In this document: positions 11,638 through 23,300 of the stretch, piece after piece | Numbering within the stretch: position 1 is the first letter of the stretch | Layout: every line of letters starts with the position of its first letter | Source: Zancudomyces culisetae HAW-14-8 | Taxonomy: Eukaryota > Fungi > Kickxellomycota | Direction of reading: 5' to 3' | Assembly: GCA_052426225.1 (NCBI GenBank) | Contig: JBNJNM010000021.1 | Span: 1,612,001 to 1,676,000 of the forward strand | DNA length: 64,000 nucleotides | Position numbers and translations under genes: made by a program | The notes under the pieces: generated by a model | What the model was told of the DNA's origin: nothing | Seen by the model: the letters and a program-made list of their open reading frames with translations, nothing else | Databases searched by the model: none

Positions 11638-12480
11638 TGTCGTAATAATCATAATTCGTGTAACCATGATTATTAAGTTCATCATGTGTCATACCAGTTC
11701 GGGTATGACCACTTGATGAAGATGCACCACTACCCCGTAGTGTGATGTGCATAATAGGGTGCTCGGGTGTGCTGTTTCCCCTATACAATGTCGGTGAGAT
11801 ACTGCTCACGGACATTGGTTCTGGGCTCCTACGGATTTGAAGTTGACGGACACTTTCTGTCAACTCCCCAAGAGTCCGAGGACTTAAAACCCCAGTCTCT
11901 TGGTCCATGCTACTAGCCGTGCCAGGCTGGAGCTAGTTTCAGAATCCATCTTGGATTTACTCTTGTTTAAAAGAAATAGTTCATGATGTTTGGTTATTTA
12001 TTATATGTATATACTTTTAAAGTTTGTTTTATTGAGTTTAATAACTATACTATTTAATCCGTAAAGTAGGACATGGATAAAGTTACTTAATAGACTACTC
12101 TATCAATTATATATATGATTAAAAACTTAAATGCTAACCTAGTTTTTCAATATAATAAATTAACTATACACTATTTTTATGCTGTTAAGTATACTAATAG
12201 TTTTGTTTCATAATTGCAGCATACGTGCAATTACGATTATGTGTGGGAACACATAATCATTAAAATTATTTGATGTTCAGTATAAAAACATATTTCGTAC
12301 TAGAATCATCATTATTGAATGGACTCAGAATGTAGAATTTATTTCATGCTGAGTTGAAATTAATTTGAACAAAAATTTAAACGACAATAAAAATTATAAA
12401 AATTGGCATTCCGCAATGAGTGTACAACAAAATTTCTCGTACACTACTCCAATTTGTATTACAATTCGGCATATTCGACA
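11638..12480. mobile_element. Solo LTR-like element F carrying a GC-richer ORF-like segment
   Basis: TGTCG...CGACA inverted termini. Left flank CAGG vs reconstructed right flank CATG. Element B is inserted in its last bases. Confidence 0.7.
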
Positions 12481-12797
12481 GTCATATAGCAAATTTACAA
12501 TTGATTCTTAACTGGTTACGAATCCGAAATGCTTTAGTTTTTTTTATCCTAGTGATTTTTTCTAATAACATTTCGTTTTTAAATATAATTTTTTAGTAGT
12601 ATCTTATATAGTGAGTTTTTTAGTTAGTTTTTTATAAATGTTACACAATAAATAGTTAATTTAGGAATAAAAAGATATACAACTTAGGTCTGAAATAGAA
12701 CATACTATTATTTAAAAATAGAATAACATAGTTTTATATTTAACATAGTAGTATAAAATAGAAGATATACTAGCATAAAAACGTTAGTATCTGACAG

Positions 12798-12815
12798 TGG
12801 CGATCACGGTGGGAC
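12798..12815 (+). promoter_or_regulatory. Primer-binding site of element B
   Basis: TGG start 1 nt after the LTR. Complement of a tRNA 3' end ...CACCGTGATCG-CCA (discriminator G, Arg-like; identity not verified). Confidence 0.8.
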
Positions 12816-13695
12816 CTATAAGTCCTTCAGATTATTTTTATTTAAGGATTCGACTAGGAAATAATAATTCTATTATAGAGAGATAAAGAAAATGGTTATA
12901 ACATCACCAAAGCAATTTGAATCTGGAAAAGAGATAGATCCAGCAGAGTGGATTGAGGACTTCAAACTGGTCGCAAAGTTGAATAGTTGGCCGGAAGATG
13001 ACCTTATTGACCTTGTGAAGTTATTTTTAGGGAACAAGGAAAAGATATGGTTCAAGAAGAACAAAGTAAAATTTACCAGCTGGGAGGAATTAAGCAAAAG
13101 ATTCAAAGAAAAATATGGTACTAAGATTCAAAGGAGAAAATTTGGAATCGGTTGCGATCGATTAAACAGTCTGAATTTGATAGTATAGAAGAACTTAAAG
13201 TGGAGTTGAATCATTTACTAAATAAAGCTAACATCAAAGATATTGGGAACAGATTCGATTTTTTAGTTAGTACACTTAGAGTAGAATTTAAAGAGAAAGT
13301 TGAAGAAAACAGCATAACTGAGTGGGATAAGGTAATTGAATTAATCACAAAGGTTGAGGATGGCTCAGTGGTAAGTCCAAAGAAAGGGGATCACAAGGAT
13401 TCTAAAGTTCAAGCGAAGGATTATACCACGAACGCTGCATCAAAAGGGAAAAGTGTTAAGGAAATTGCAAAAAACTCAGTAGCGTACAGTGACATGATGA
13501 AAAGATTCGAGGAAATGAGTGTGAGCCTGATCACAAAAGTAGAGCAAGTAGTTGATCAAAAACTTAAGGAAGCGTCTACAAGTAATAGAAGAGTACAGCC
13601 CTTTGTGGTAAAATGTTATTCGTGTAATGAAATAGGCCATCGTAAGTTTGAGTGTCCGAAGATAAAAGAAAGCGGTTCAAGCGATGGTAGCAAGG

Positions 13696-14547
13696 TGTTA
13701 GGAATGGCAATATATTCCAAAAAATGGATCTTTGTTGGAATCGATCCTAAAATGTTAGGAATGGCAAATTCCCGGAACATAAATTTTAGTTTACATTTTT
13801 GTTCTATAAAAAATTAAACTATTTTATTATTTCACTTACGACATTCAAATAAGCCATTCCGACATTGGAATCATGTATGCAAAATTCACCATGAAATCAC
13901 AGTATTTATTATTGGGAAAATTGACAAAGAAAATTAAAGAAAATTTTCAATAATTAAATTTATAAAATTCATGTTAAAATCGATATACAAAATCATAGGC
14001 AAAATCGATATACAATATCGTAGGCAAAATCGATATACAAAATCATAGGCAAAATCGATATACAATATCGTAGGCAAAATAGATAACCAAAAACCATGAT
14101 AAAATTGGATAACCAAAAACCATGATAAAATTCGATAAACATAATACATGTTTAAATTGGATAACCAAAAACCATGATAAAATTCGATAAACAAAATACA
14201 TGTTAAAATCGATAAACAAAATACATGTTAAAATCGATAAAGTAATCTCATGAATAAATCAAACAAGAAGTTTGATAAACTCAATTTTGATAGTTACTTT
14301 AAATTAGTTCATTTTTACATAGTAAAATTTTAACACTAAAAAATTAATATCACTAAGTTTTTTCATAGCAAATTTCTCTGATGAAAAAATATATAAACCC
14401 TTCGAAATTCCGTTGGGATACATCAGAGAAAAATATATCATTAACTCATCTAATAATATATTTTTCTAAATAACTACTTCTTCCTAATAAATAATAATAC
14501 TGAATATTAATCACAGCATAGTTATAAGCAGCTCATTGATTATAACA
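13696..14547. mobile_element. Solo LTR (family X relative, inverted vs 5266-5992, 852 bp) nested between zinc knuckle and protease
   Basis: TGTTAGGAATGGC...TTATAACA; 5-bp TSD CAAGG (13691-13695, 14548-14552); ~23-bp AAAATCGATA.ACAA tandem repeats at ~13975-14240. Confidence 0.93.
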
Positions 14548-17500
14548 CAAGGTAGACATTCAAAAGAACATAAATTATATTGAGGTAATTGAGAATCATA
14601 GTGCAGTGGAAGACGATGCACAGGTGTATTCAATTGATAAAAGAAAGCACAGTGACATAGCCAGTGGTGCAACAGAACAACGCCCTACTAAGTACAGGAC
14701 CGCACGCACTAGGGGAGTCCACTCTACACCGGAAGAGACCAGTGGTGTGGCCCATCCGACAGCGGAAGTTGGGGATGAATCGCTGGGAGATGAGAATAGG
14801 CTAGAATCAAACATTTCAAGAGGTAAATCCTACCAGCTGTTGAAAGGCACCAACACGACCTTCTCCATTATCGAAGAGTTGCGCAAGGTCTACCCAAAAA
14901 TTGATGCTTTACAGTTAATTGAGAATGCCCCAATATACTCAGAAGAGTTGAAGAGCTTCCTCAAAAAGGACAAGGTTATGGAACTAAACGAAATACAAGT
15001 TCAAGAAAGAAAAACATCTAATTGCAGAATAATGGTGCAAGTATTCGGACAAAAATTGTGGGCAGTGGTGGATACAGGGGCGGCTTGCTCCGTTGTTACT
15101 TACAACCTAATGGAGGGTTGGGGATTGGACATGGATAGTAAAAGTGGGCTAACATTAGTGACGGCGGATGGGAAGAGGCATAACACCCTAGGAAGGTTGT
15201 CGCAGGTGCCGTTAATGATTGCAAGCTTCATATTACCAGTAAATCTGATCGTTATGTCCAGAAACGACGATACTCTTATCCTAGGAACCGATTGGTTACT
15301 ACAACATAAGGCTTCGTTGAATCTTAAAGTACCTGAACTAAGGATACCAATCGAAAACGTGGAAGTAGTTACAAGGCTAGAAACATCCGCAGATTTGAAC
15401 ATGGAAGATGAAAAAGCTGAACTGTACGCTATCTTAAAGCAAGGACCAGTAGGAAGAGGATCGTGCCAGGAGGTGGAGCTTGAAAGTGTAATCCATAAGT
15501 ATAACAACATCTTTGTTAGCGACCTTTCCGAGCTCACTCAAACTAGCGTGATAGAACATCGTATCCAGGTAAAAGATGAGACACCTATCAAGCTCAGGCC
15601 TTACCGGATACCGCATAGGCAGCAAGAGCAGGTATTGCATGAATTAAAGGAAATGGAAAAACAGGGAATTATTTCACCGACAACTTCTGAATGGTGCGCT
15701 CCAGTGGTGATAGTCCATAAGAAAAACGGAAAGATACGCGTCTGCGCCGACTACCGGAGGCTCAATGAGGTGACAAGAAAGGATAGTTATCCGCTCCCTG
15801 TTATCGCAGATCTGTTCATGGTCTTGTCTGGCGCGGTTGTGTTTAGCTGCCTTGACGCCATGAGCGGATTTTGGCAGATCCGTATGCATAGCGCCGACAA
15901 AGCAAAAACAGCCTTTGCCATCCCAGGGAGTGGCGCTTTTGAATATAACGTCATGCCGTTTGGACTAACGAATAGTCCGGCGACGTTCCAACGCGCAATG
16001 GAAAAAGTACTACAACCTCTGTTATGGAAGTGTGCCGTAGTTTTTGTGGACGATTTTATCGTCTTCTCGAAAGAAATCAATAAGCATGCGGAAGATTTGG
16101 ATAAGGTTTTAGCATTATTAGAAAAGAATCAAATACAGCTCCACCGGGATAAATGCGTTATAGGATTTACAGAACTCGAATATCTAGGGCACACAATATC
16201 CGCCAAGGGGATAGGAACCAGCCCAAAGAAAGTGGAAGCTATAAACAATATAAAGGCTCCGACGTGCGTTAAGGAATTGCAATCGGCATTAGGGATGACT
16301 GGATATTACAGGAAATATATTCCTAACTATTCTCGGGTCACCAGTCCCTAAACGCAACTACTGAAGAAGTCTGTAAAATGGGAATGGGGTGACGAGCAGG
16401 AAGATGCGCTTAGACAATTGAAGGTATTGATGTCTTCTGCACCGGTATTAGGTCATCCAGACTGGACCGTCGAGTTTGTGATCACCACGGACGCATCAGC
16501 AATAGGAATAGGAGGTGTGTTATCTCAGATTACCAGCGAAGGTGAGAAAATAATAGAGTATTCAAGCCGAACCACCACTCCAGCAGAAAAAAACTCCTCC
16601 ATAAGCCATTTGGAAGGCTTGGCCGTGGTTTGGTCAGTTAAAAAGTTCAAGTTCTACGTATGGGGTAGAAAGTTCAGAATCAGAACCGACCACAAGTCGT
16701 TAATCCAATTGTTCAATAGCCCAGATATAACAGGTCGTGTTGCACGCTGGGCTATGGTCCTACGTAGTTTTGATTATACCATAGAGCATTTACCCGGAAT
16801 TATCAACCCAGCCGATGCTCTGTCTCGACTAGTTACTGAGAATGAGAATGAACAGGATGATGTAGAGCTCGACGTGTTTGCCATGGAAATTTTAGAATAC
16901 GAAGATATAAAACAGTACCTTACGGAAAAGAAGTTACCAGACAATATAGATGTGGAGTACAAAGAAAGGCTAAAGAGAAGATCTAAACTATATAAAATCG
17001 ATAAGGGTAAACTAATGAAAGAAGTAAAAGGATGTTTGAAAGAGGTTTTGCATCGAGGAAATATCCGCCAAGTAGTTGAGTAATACACAACGAAGGGCAC
17101 GAAGGCATAGAAAACACCTGGTTGCGTGTATCACAGAGGTATACCAGTAGGAATATATATAGAGAGGTCAAGGAAATCGTAAAGTGTTGCCCGGTATGCC
17201 AATTATACAAGGGTAGTAAAAGTAAAAGGCATCCACTGGTTCCAATAGTTACAACGAAACCTTTCCAGATAGTCGGAATTGACGCAATCGGGCCAATAGC
17301 ACCGATTTCCGCTAGTGGAAACAGGTTCATCTTGACGGCTATAGACCTGTTCACGAAATGGCCTATTGCATTAGCTGTACCCAATATACAAAGTAACACC
17401 GTAATAAATTTCCTTATAAATGTGGTCATAGCACCATTTGGAGTACCTCAACAACTGATTAGTGACCGTGAGTCCAGCTTCCTATCTGAATGTGCGACTC

Positions 17501-17752
17501 AAGTGTACGAGTGGTTGGGTATACACCACACTCCCACGACCTCGTACAGGCCTCAGAGTAATGGTCAGACGGAACGACTGAACCAAACTCTCATGAATGT
17601 ATTGATTAAGCAATGTCGGAATGATAAACAGAAAAAAGATGCCTACCTATGGAAAAATCTACTGGTAATACGAACTTTGAGAAATAAATCGATTGGATAC
17701 AGTCCGGCGGAGATGCTGTATGGCGTTGAGCTTTCACTACCCACTACATGGA

Positions 17753-18213
17753 TGTTAGAACTAGATGTATTTTATTTAATGAACTTGATTTAAGAAATTA
17801 TTAACTTTATTAAACTAAAGAGAATATTTTTCACTGACGATTTTCACAACGAAATTCGTTAGGTTTATATACTTTTTCGTCAGCGAAAATTTTATGAAAA
17901 AAACCAAGGTCGCAAGACCTTGTTTATCGAAGAAAAAATATTTTCTTACTTCGATAAACATTCAAGGAGTTTGACCCTTGATTGGTTTCATGATTTTCAA
18001 TGTTGGGGTTTAGTTCAACATTGTGTTTTTTTGGTTTATGTAAAATAAATACAGTTACTAAAAATCGAATTGGTAATAAATTAATTTCATGATTACCTAA
18101 ATCAATTTATGTAACTTTACTAAAATGAAAATTCAAATTACTAATTTAATTAAACTAAAATAGAAATAAAATTAATTAAAAATAAATTATAGAACTACGT
18201 TCTATTCATAACA
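17753..18213. mobile_element. Solo LTR (461 bp) nested in the integrase of B
   Basis: TGTTA...TAACA; 5-bp TSD ATGGA (17748-17752, 18214-18218). Integrase coding resumes after it. Confidence 0.92.
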
Positions 18214-18981
18214 ATGGAAGTACAATGGAGAAATTGAAAACGTAGAGGAATTGATTTTAAGCAGGGTGAAACAGATAAATGACGACTTACCTGTGTTGAG
18301 AAATTTGGCTCATAAGAGTTCTATCGAAGCCAAAAGTTCACAGGCAACAAGGTATAACAAGGGTGTCACGTACCATAGGTTTGAGGTAGGTGAAAAGGTT
18401 CTTAAGTTGGTAGACATGGATAGGTCAAAACTCGAACATTATTGGGAAGGCCCCTACACGGTTGAAAGAGCTTTAAGCAAGGGTGCGTATGTTATAAGTG
18501 ATCAAGAAGGTAACAGAGAATTAGCTCATGGAGATATGCTTAAGAAGTACCACACCAGCAACTATATGATTCCGGATGTAACAACGACACTGAAGACTAA
18601 GTTGAAGCGATTTAAGCAGTCCCGGCGGAATGAGGGCATCCGCGCTTAAAAGGGGGGAGCTGTCATATAGCAAATTGACAATTGATTCGTAACTGGTTAC
18701 GAATCCGAAATGCATTAGTTTTTTTTATCCTAGTGATTTTTCCTAATAACATTTCGTTTTTAAATATAATTTTTTAGTAGTATCTTATATAAGAGTTTTT
18801 TAGTTAGTTTTTTATAAATGTTACACAATAAATAGTTAATTTAGGAATAAAAAGATATACAACTTAGGTCTGAAATAGAACATAGTATTATTTAAAAATA
18901 GAATAACATAGTTTTATATTTAGCATAGTAGTATAAAATATAAGAGATACTAGCATAAAAACGTTAGTATCTGACACGACA

Positions 18982-19206
18982 TGTTATATAGTAGAAATAT
19001 ATACCTGTATTACCTTGTATTTTATTGGTTAATTTAAATAGTATTATTTTATGCATTAAATAGTCTAGTTTTGAATTAATTAATATATTGTCTTTTTCTC
19101 CCAAAATAAATATAGTCCTAATATATATTAATATAAAAGTCCCGTCCTGTATAATACTGGGTAATTATATTACTCAGTAGGAGGTTAAACATGTAATTAT
19201 ACAACA
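18982..19206. mobile_element. Solo LTR D'
   Basis: TGTTATATAG...TATACAACA; closely similar to 19541-19763; ACA on both flanks. Confidence 0.88.
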
Positions 19207-19209
19207 ACA

Positions 19210-19773
19210 TGTCGTATGAATTATTGGAAATTACGAGTTTCGTATTCCATTTTTTTCCCCTTGTGGTTTTTGGGAATATGATAAGGAATAGTTTTCAATA
19301 GTTATCAATTTTATTTCTTATCTATAATTATTTTTAGTCAAGATTTCTTGGCAATTCATCATAATAGTTTTTATTTAAATACGTTTAAGTAGAAATATTT
19401 GAATCAGCGTCCTCAAAAATAGTAAATAAAGATACGCTAATAAACAAATTTTTGCAGCGTACCAGTATAGTTAGTTTTATAACAAATATATTAAATAATT
19501 ATCATAACAAATTTAGTAAACGTTGGTAGAAGTAAATTCCTGTTATATAGTGGAATTATATACCTGTATTTCCTTGTATTTTATTGGTTAATTTAAATAG
19601 TATTATTTTATGTATTAAATAGTCTAGTTTTGAATTAATTAATAAATTGTCTTTTACTCCCACAATAATTATAGTACTAATATATAATAATAAAAGTCCC
19701 GTCCTGTATAATACTGGGTAATTATATTACTCAGTAGGACGTTAAATATGTAATTATACAACATTCTACCACA
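19210..19773. mobile_element. Solo LTR E (interrupted by D)
   Basis: TGTCGTATGAA...TTCTACCACA. TSD AACA is recovered once element C is removed. Related to I. Confidence 0.78.
19541..19763. mobile_element. Solo LTR D inserted ~10 bp from the right end of E
   Basis: Copy of D'; flanks TTCC/TTCT. Removing it restores the hairpin GGTAGAA-GTAAA-TTCTACC of E. Confidence 0.88.
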
Positions 19774-20240
19774 AACTGTCATATAGTGACATGAACCCTT
19801 GGTGATAAACTAATATTATATGTTTATCATCAAGTGAAATAATTAAATTATTAATATACTTTTAGTTTTAGTTTTTTTAGTATTCAATGAAACTGATTCA
19901 TTGATGTTTTTTCTAAGAGTATTAGTTTATTACTCAATTAAATTGTTTCAGTATTAGTTTATTTAGTTAGTATTAGTTCAATAGTTAGTTATTAGTATAT
20001 TTATAATACTAGGAAAAGTATTTAAAGGGTTAGTTATTGCATAAGGAAATAAATATCATTCTATCATACAAGCTTTATAGTAGTAAATAAATAGTTATGA
20101 TCAACTACAGATGTTTATATTAAGTTTATAATAGTTTCAACTAAGTTTATAATTTATAACAATAATTATACGATACATATTATACATAATTAAATAAGAA
20201 AAATATAAATAATTATAAGTAAAATTTAATTATACAACAG

Positions 20241-20258
20241 TGGCGCTCCCAGCTAGGC
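20241..20258 (+). promoter_or_regulatory. Primer-binding site of element C
   Basis: TGG start 1 nt after the 5' LTR; complement of a tRNA 3' end ...CTAGCTGGGAGCG-CCA. Confidence 0.78.
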
Positions 20259-20321
20259 ATATACCTAGAGATATTAACAAGAAGATATATATATTCAAAA
20301 ATAAGTCAATAAGAGTACAAA

Positions 20322-23300
20322 ATGATTACTCCAAAAACATTTGAATCAGATAAAGGTACTAATCCCGAGGACTGGGCGGAAAATTATCGTTTGGTGGCAA
20401 AACAGAACAGTTGGGAAGAACAGGATTGGATTGATCTCGTGAAGTTATACCTTGGCAAGAAGGAAGCCATTTGGTATAAGAAGAATAAAGGTTTATTCAC
20501 AGATTGGGATACGTTCAGTAAGCTGTTTATTGAAAAGTTTAGAGCCAAAGAAACCAAGAGTCAAATATGGGATAAGTTAAGAACAATTAAACACTCCGAC
20601 TATAACAGTATTGAAGAGCTTGAATATGAGCTGGAGCTTTTATGCGAAAAAGCAGGAATTGTTAAAGATGAGATTAAGTTGGACTTACTAGTTAGTACTT
20701 TGAAGGATGAGTTTAAAGAGAAACTCGAAGAATCTGGTTACAAGAATTGGGACAAAGTAATTAAGTACATATCCAATCTTGAAAGGGCTGAGCAAGGAAT
20801 TTATAGGAAGACAGAAGGAAAAGAAAGAGTTACTAAGTTCAAAGAAATTACCAGGAATGCAGCAAGTAAACAGGGTAGAGCAATAAAGGATATGTCCAAG
20901 GAAAAGGAACCCTATGCAGCCATGATCAGGAAATTTGAAGAACTAAGTGTAAATTTATTAGCGAAAGTAGATGAAGTTGTTGAAAAGAAACTAAAAACTT
21001 ACAATTTAGGTTCTGCACAGGTTTACAAGTGTTATTACTGCCATGAAGATGGTCACAGAAAATTTGAATGCAAAAAGTGGAAATCGTTGCAAAATGACGA
21101 ACAAAGTGTTAAAACAGGAACAAATGTAAACTATATTGAATTGGTAAGAACAGAGGATTGTCAAGGCCAAGAATTATTTGCAGTTGAAAAAAGAAAAAGT
21201 GATTTTAGAGATATAACTTCAGAAAAAAGAGCTAATAAAAGAATAAATACAGCAGCAACACCTTTAGATAGTTCTGAAAGTACCAATACTTCAGATATCA
21301 ATAAAGAAGTAGAAAAATTAAATGAAAATATTCCATTAAAAGCTCAAGTGTATAAGAGATACATAAATAAGATAACTGATGGTACAAAAAAGTTTTCATT
21401 AAAAGAAGAGTTGGATAAAATATATCCAAAGATAAGTTTGATACAATTGTTAAACAGTTCACCTGGTTTAACTGCAGAGCTGGTTAGTATATGTGATAAA
21501 TCTAATACAGCTGAGATAAATGAAATACAACTTCAACCTAAAAAAGTAACAAACTGTAAAGCTCAAGTACAAATATTTGGTCAAAATATATTAGCAGTTG
21601 TAGATACAGGAGCAGCGTGCTCAGTAGTATCTAGTAGTATGGTTGAAGATTGGGGGTTGAATGTTGATGAAAATATCAACCAAGTTATAGTTACCGCTGA
21701 TGGTAAAAGACATGCAGCATTGGGAAAAGTTAACAAGATACCTGTTAAGATTGCTTCTTACATATTTCCTGCTAATCTAATAGTTATGAACAAAAATGAT
21801 GGTACTCTGATATTAGGTACAGATTGGTTAATACAGCATAAAGCATCTATAAACTTAAGAATACCTGAGATAAGATTCCCAATCGAAAATGCTGAAGTCA
21901 TAACCAGGCTTGTTACATCAAATATATCTATTGAAGAAGAGTCTGAAATATATTTAATGATTAAAGAAAAGCCAAAAGGAATAAACGAAATACAAAATAC
22001 GAGTATACAAAAAGTACTTGAAGAATATAACGAACTTTTTGTAGAGGATATTTCTGAGTTACAACAAACAAATGTATCTGAACACAGAATAGAGGTGACT
22101 GAAAATACACCTATCAAATTAAGACCATACCGGATTCCGTACAGATTGCAGGAAAATGTCGAAGTCGAGTTACAGAAAATGTTGCAACAAGGAATAATCG
22201 AACCTAGTAATGCCGAGTGGTGCTCACCGGTAGTTATTGTACACAAAAAAGATGGAAAATTAAGAGTATGCGCAGATTACAGACAACTAAATAAAATAAC
22301 AAAAAAGGACTGCTATCCCTTACCGGTTATACAAGATCTGTTTATGGCACTGTCTGGATCAGCAATATTTAGTTCACTTGATGCGTTAAGCGGGTTCTGG
22401 CAAATACGCATGAGTGAACACGACAAGGATAAAACTACGTTTGCACTTCCAGGAAGCGGTAGTTATCGCTATAACGTTATGCCTTTCGGTTTAACGAATA
22501 GTCCGGCTACCTTTCAGAGAACAATGGAGATGGTGTTGAAACCAGTTTTATGGAAAAAGGCGGTGGTATTTATTGATGATATTATAGTATATTCACGTAC
22601 AGAAGAAGAACATGCTGAAGATTTAAAAGATGTATTAAATTTATTAAAAATTCATAAAATTCAATTACATAAAAACAAATGCAGTATAGGACATAGGGAA
22701 ATCGAGTACTTAGGACATACGATATCGGATAAAGGAATAGGTACGAGTCCAAAAAAGATCGAAGCAATTCAAAATGTGAAAACACCAAAGTCAATTAAAG
22801 AAATACAATCACTGTTAGGGTTAACAGGATACTATAGAAGATATATACCCAATTACGCAAAAGTTGCGAGCCCTATCACAAAGTTATTAAAAAAGAACGA
22901 GAAATGGGATTGGGGAGAAAAGCAGGATAAAGCAGTAGAAGATTTAAAAGAACTACTTACAACAGCTCCGATATTAGGACACCCCGACTGGCAAAAAGAA
23001 TTTGTTATAACAACGGATGCTTCTATATTAGGAATTGGTGCGGTTTTATCACAGGGAGAAAAGGGATCTGAAGTGGTTATTGAATTCGCTAGCAGAACAA
23101 CTAACAGTGCAGAAAAAAATTATTCAATATCACATTTAGAAGCTCTTGCCGTGGTATGGGCTGTGAAAAAATTCAAGTATTATGTTTGGGGAAGAAAATT
23201 TAAAATCAGAACAGATCACAAATCATTGATACAAATTTTTAATGGACCAGAAATAACAGGTAGGATCGCTAGATGGGCGATGATTTTAAGAAATTATGAT

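Larger units (their letters stand above)
12892..18649 (+). pseudogene. Disrupted gag-pol of element B
   Basis: Colinear with the 1460-aa ORF of element C (CYSCNEIGHRKFEC, VDTGAACS, FVDDF, TDAS, GIDAIGP, EGPY). Frameshifts near 13124 and 17081, stop at 16349, insertions at 13696 and 17753. Confidence 0.93.
12480..18976 (+). mobile_element. Gypsy element B: full-length but decayed (LTRs 12480-12796 and 18661-18976)
   Basis: 316/317-bp LTRs with about 10 differences; TSD CGAC; PBS TGGCGATCACGGTGGGAC at 12798; PPT AAAAGGGGGGAG at 18648-18659; two nested solo LTRs. Confidence 0.95.

Noticed and set aside
13975-14240. Regularly spaced ~23-bp repeats (also at 50-300 and 5550-5780) that resemble a CRISPR array
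   Set aside because: No unique spacers; these are degenerate minisatellites inside TG..CA solo LTRs, in a eukaryotic context with no cas genes.
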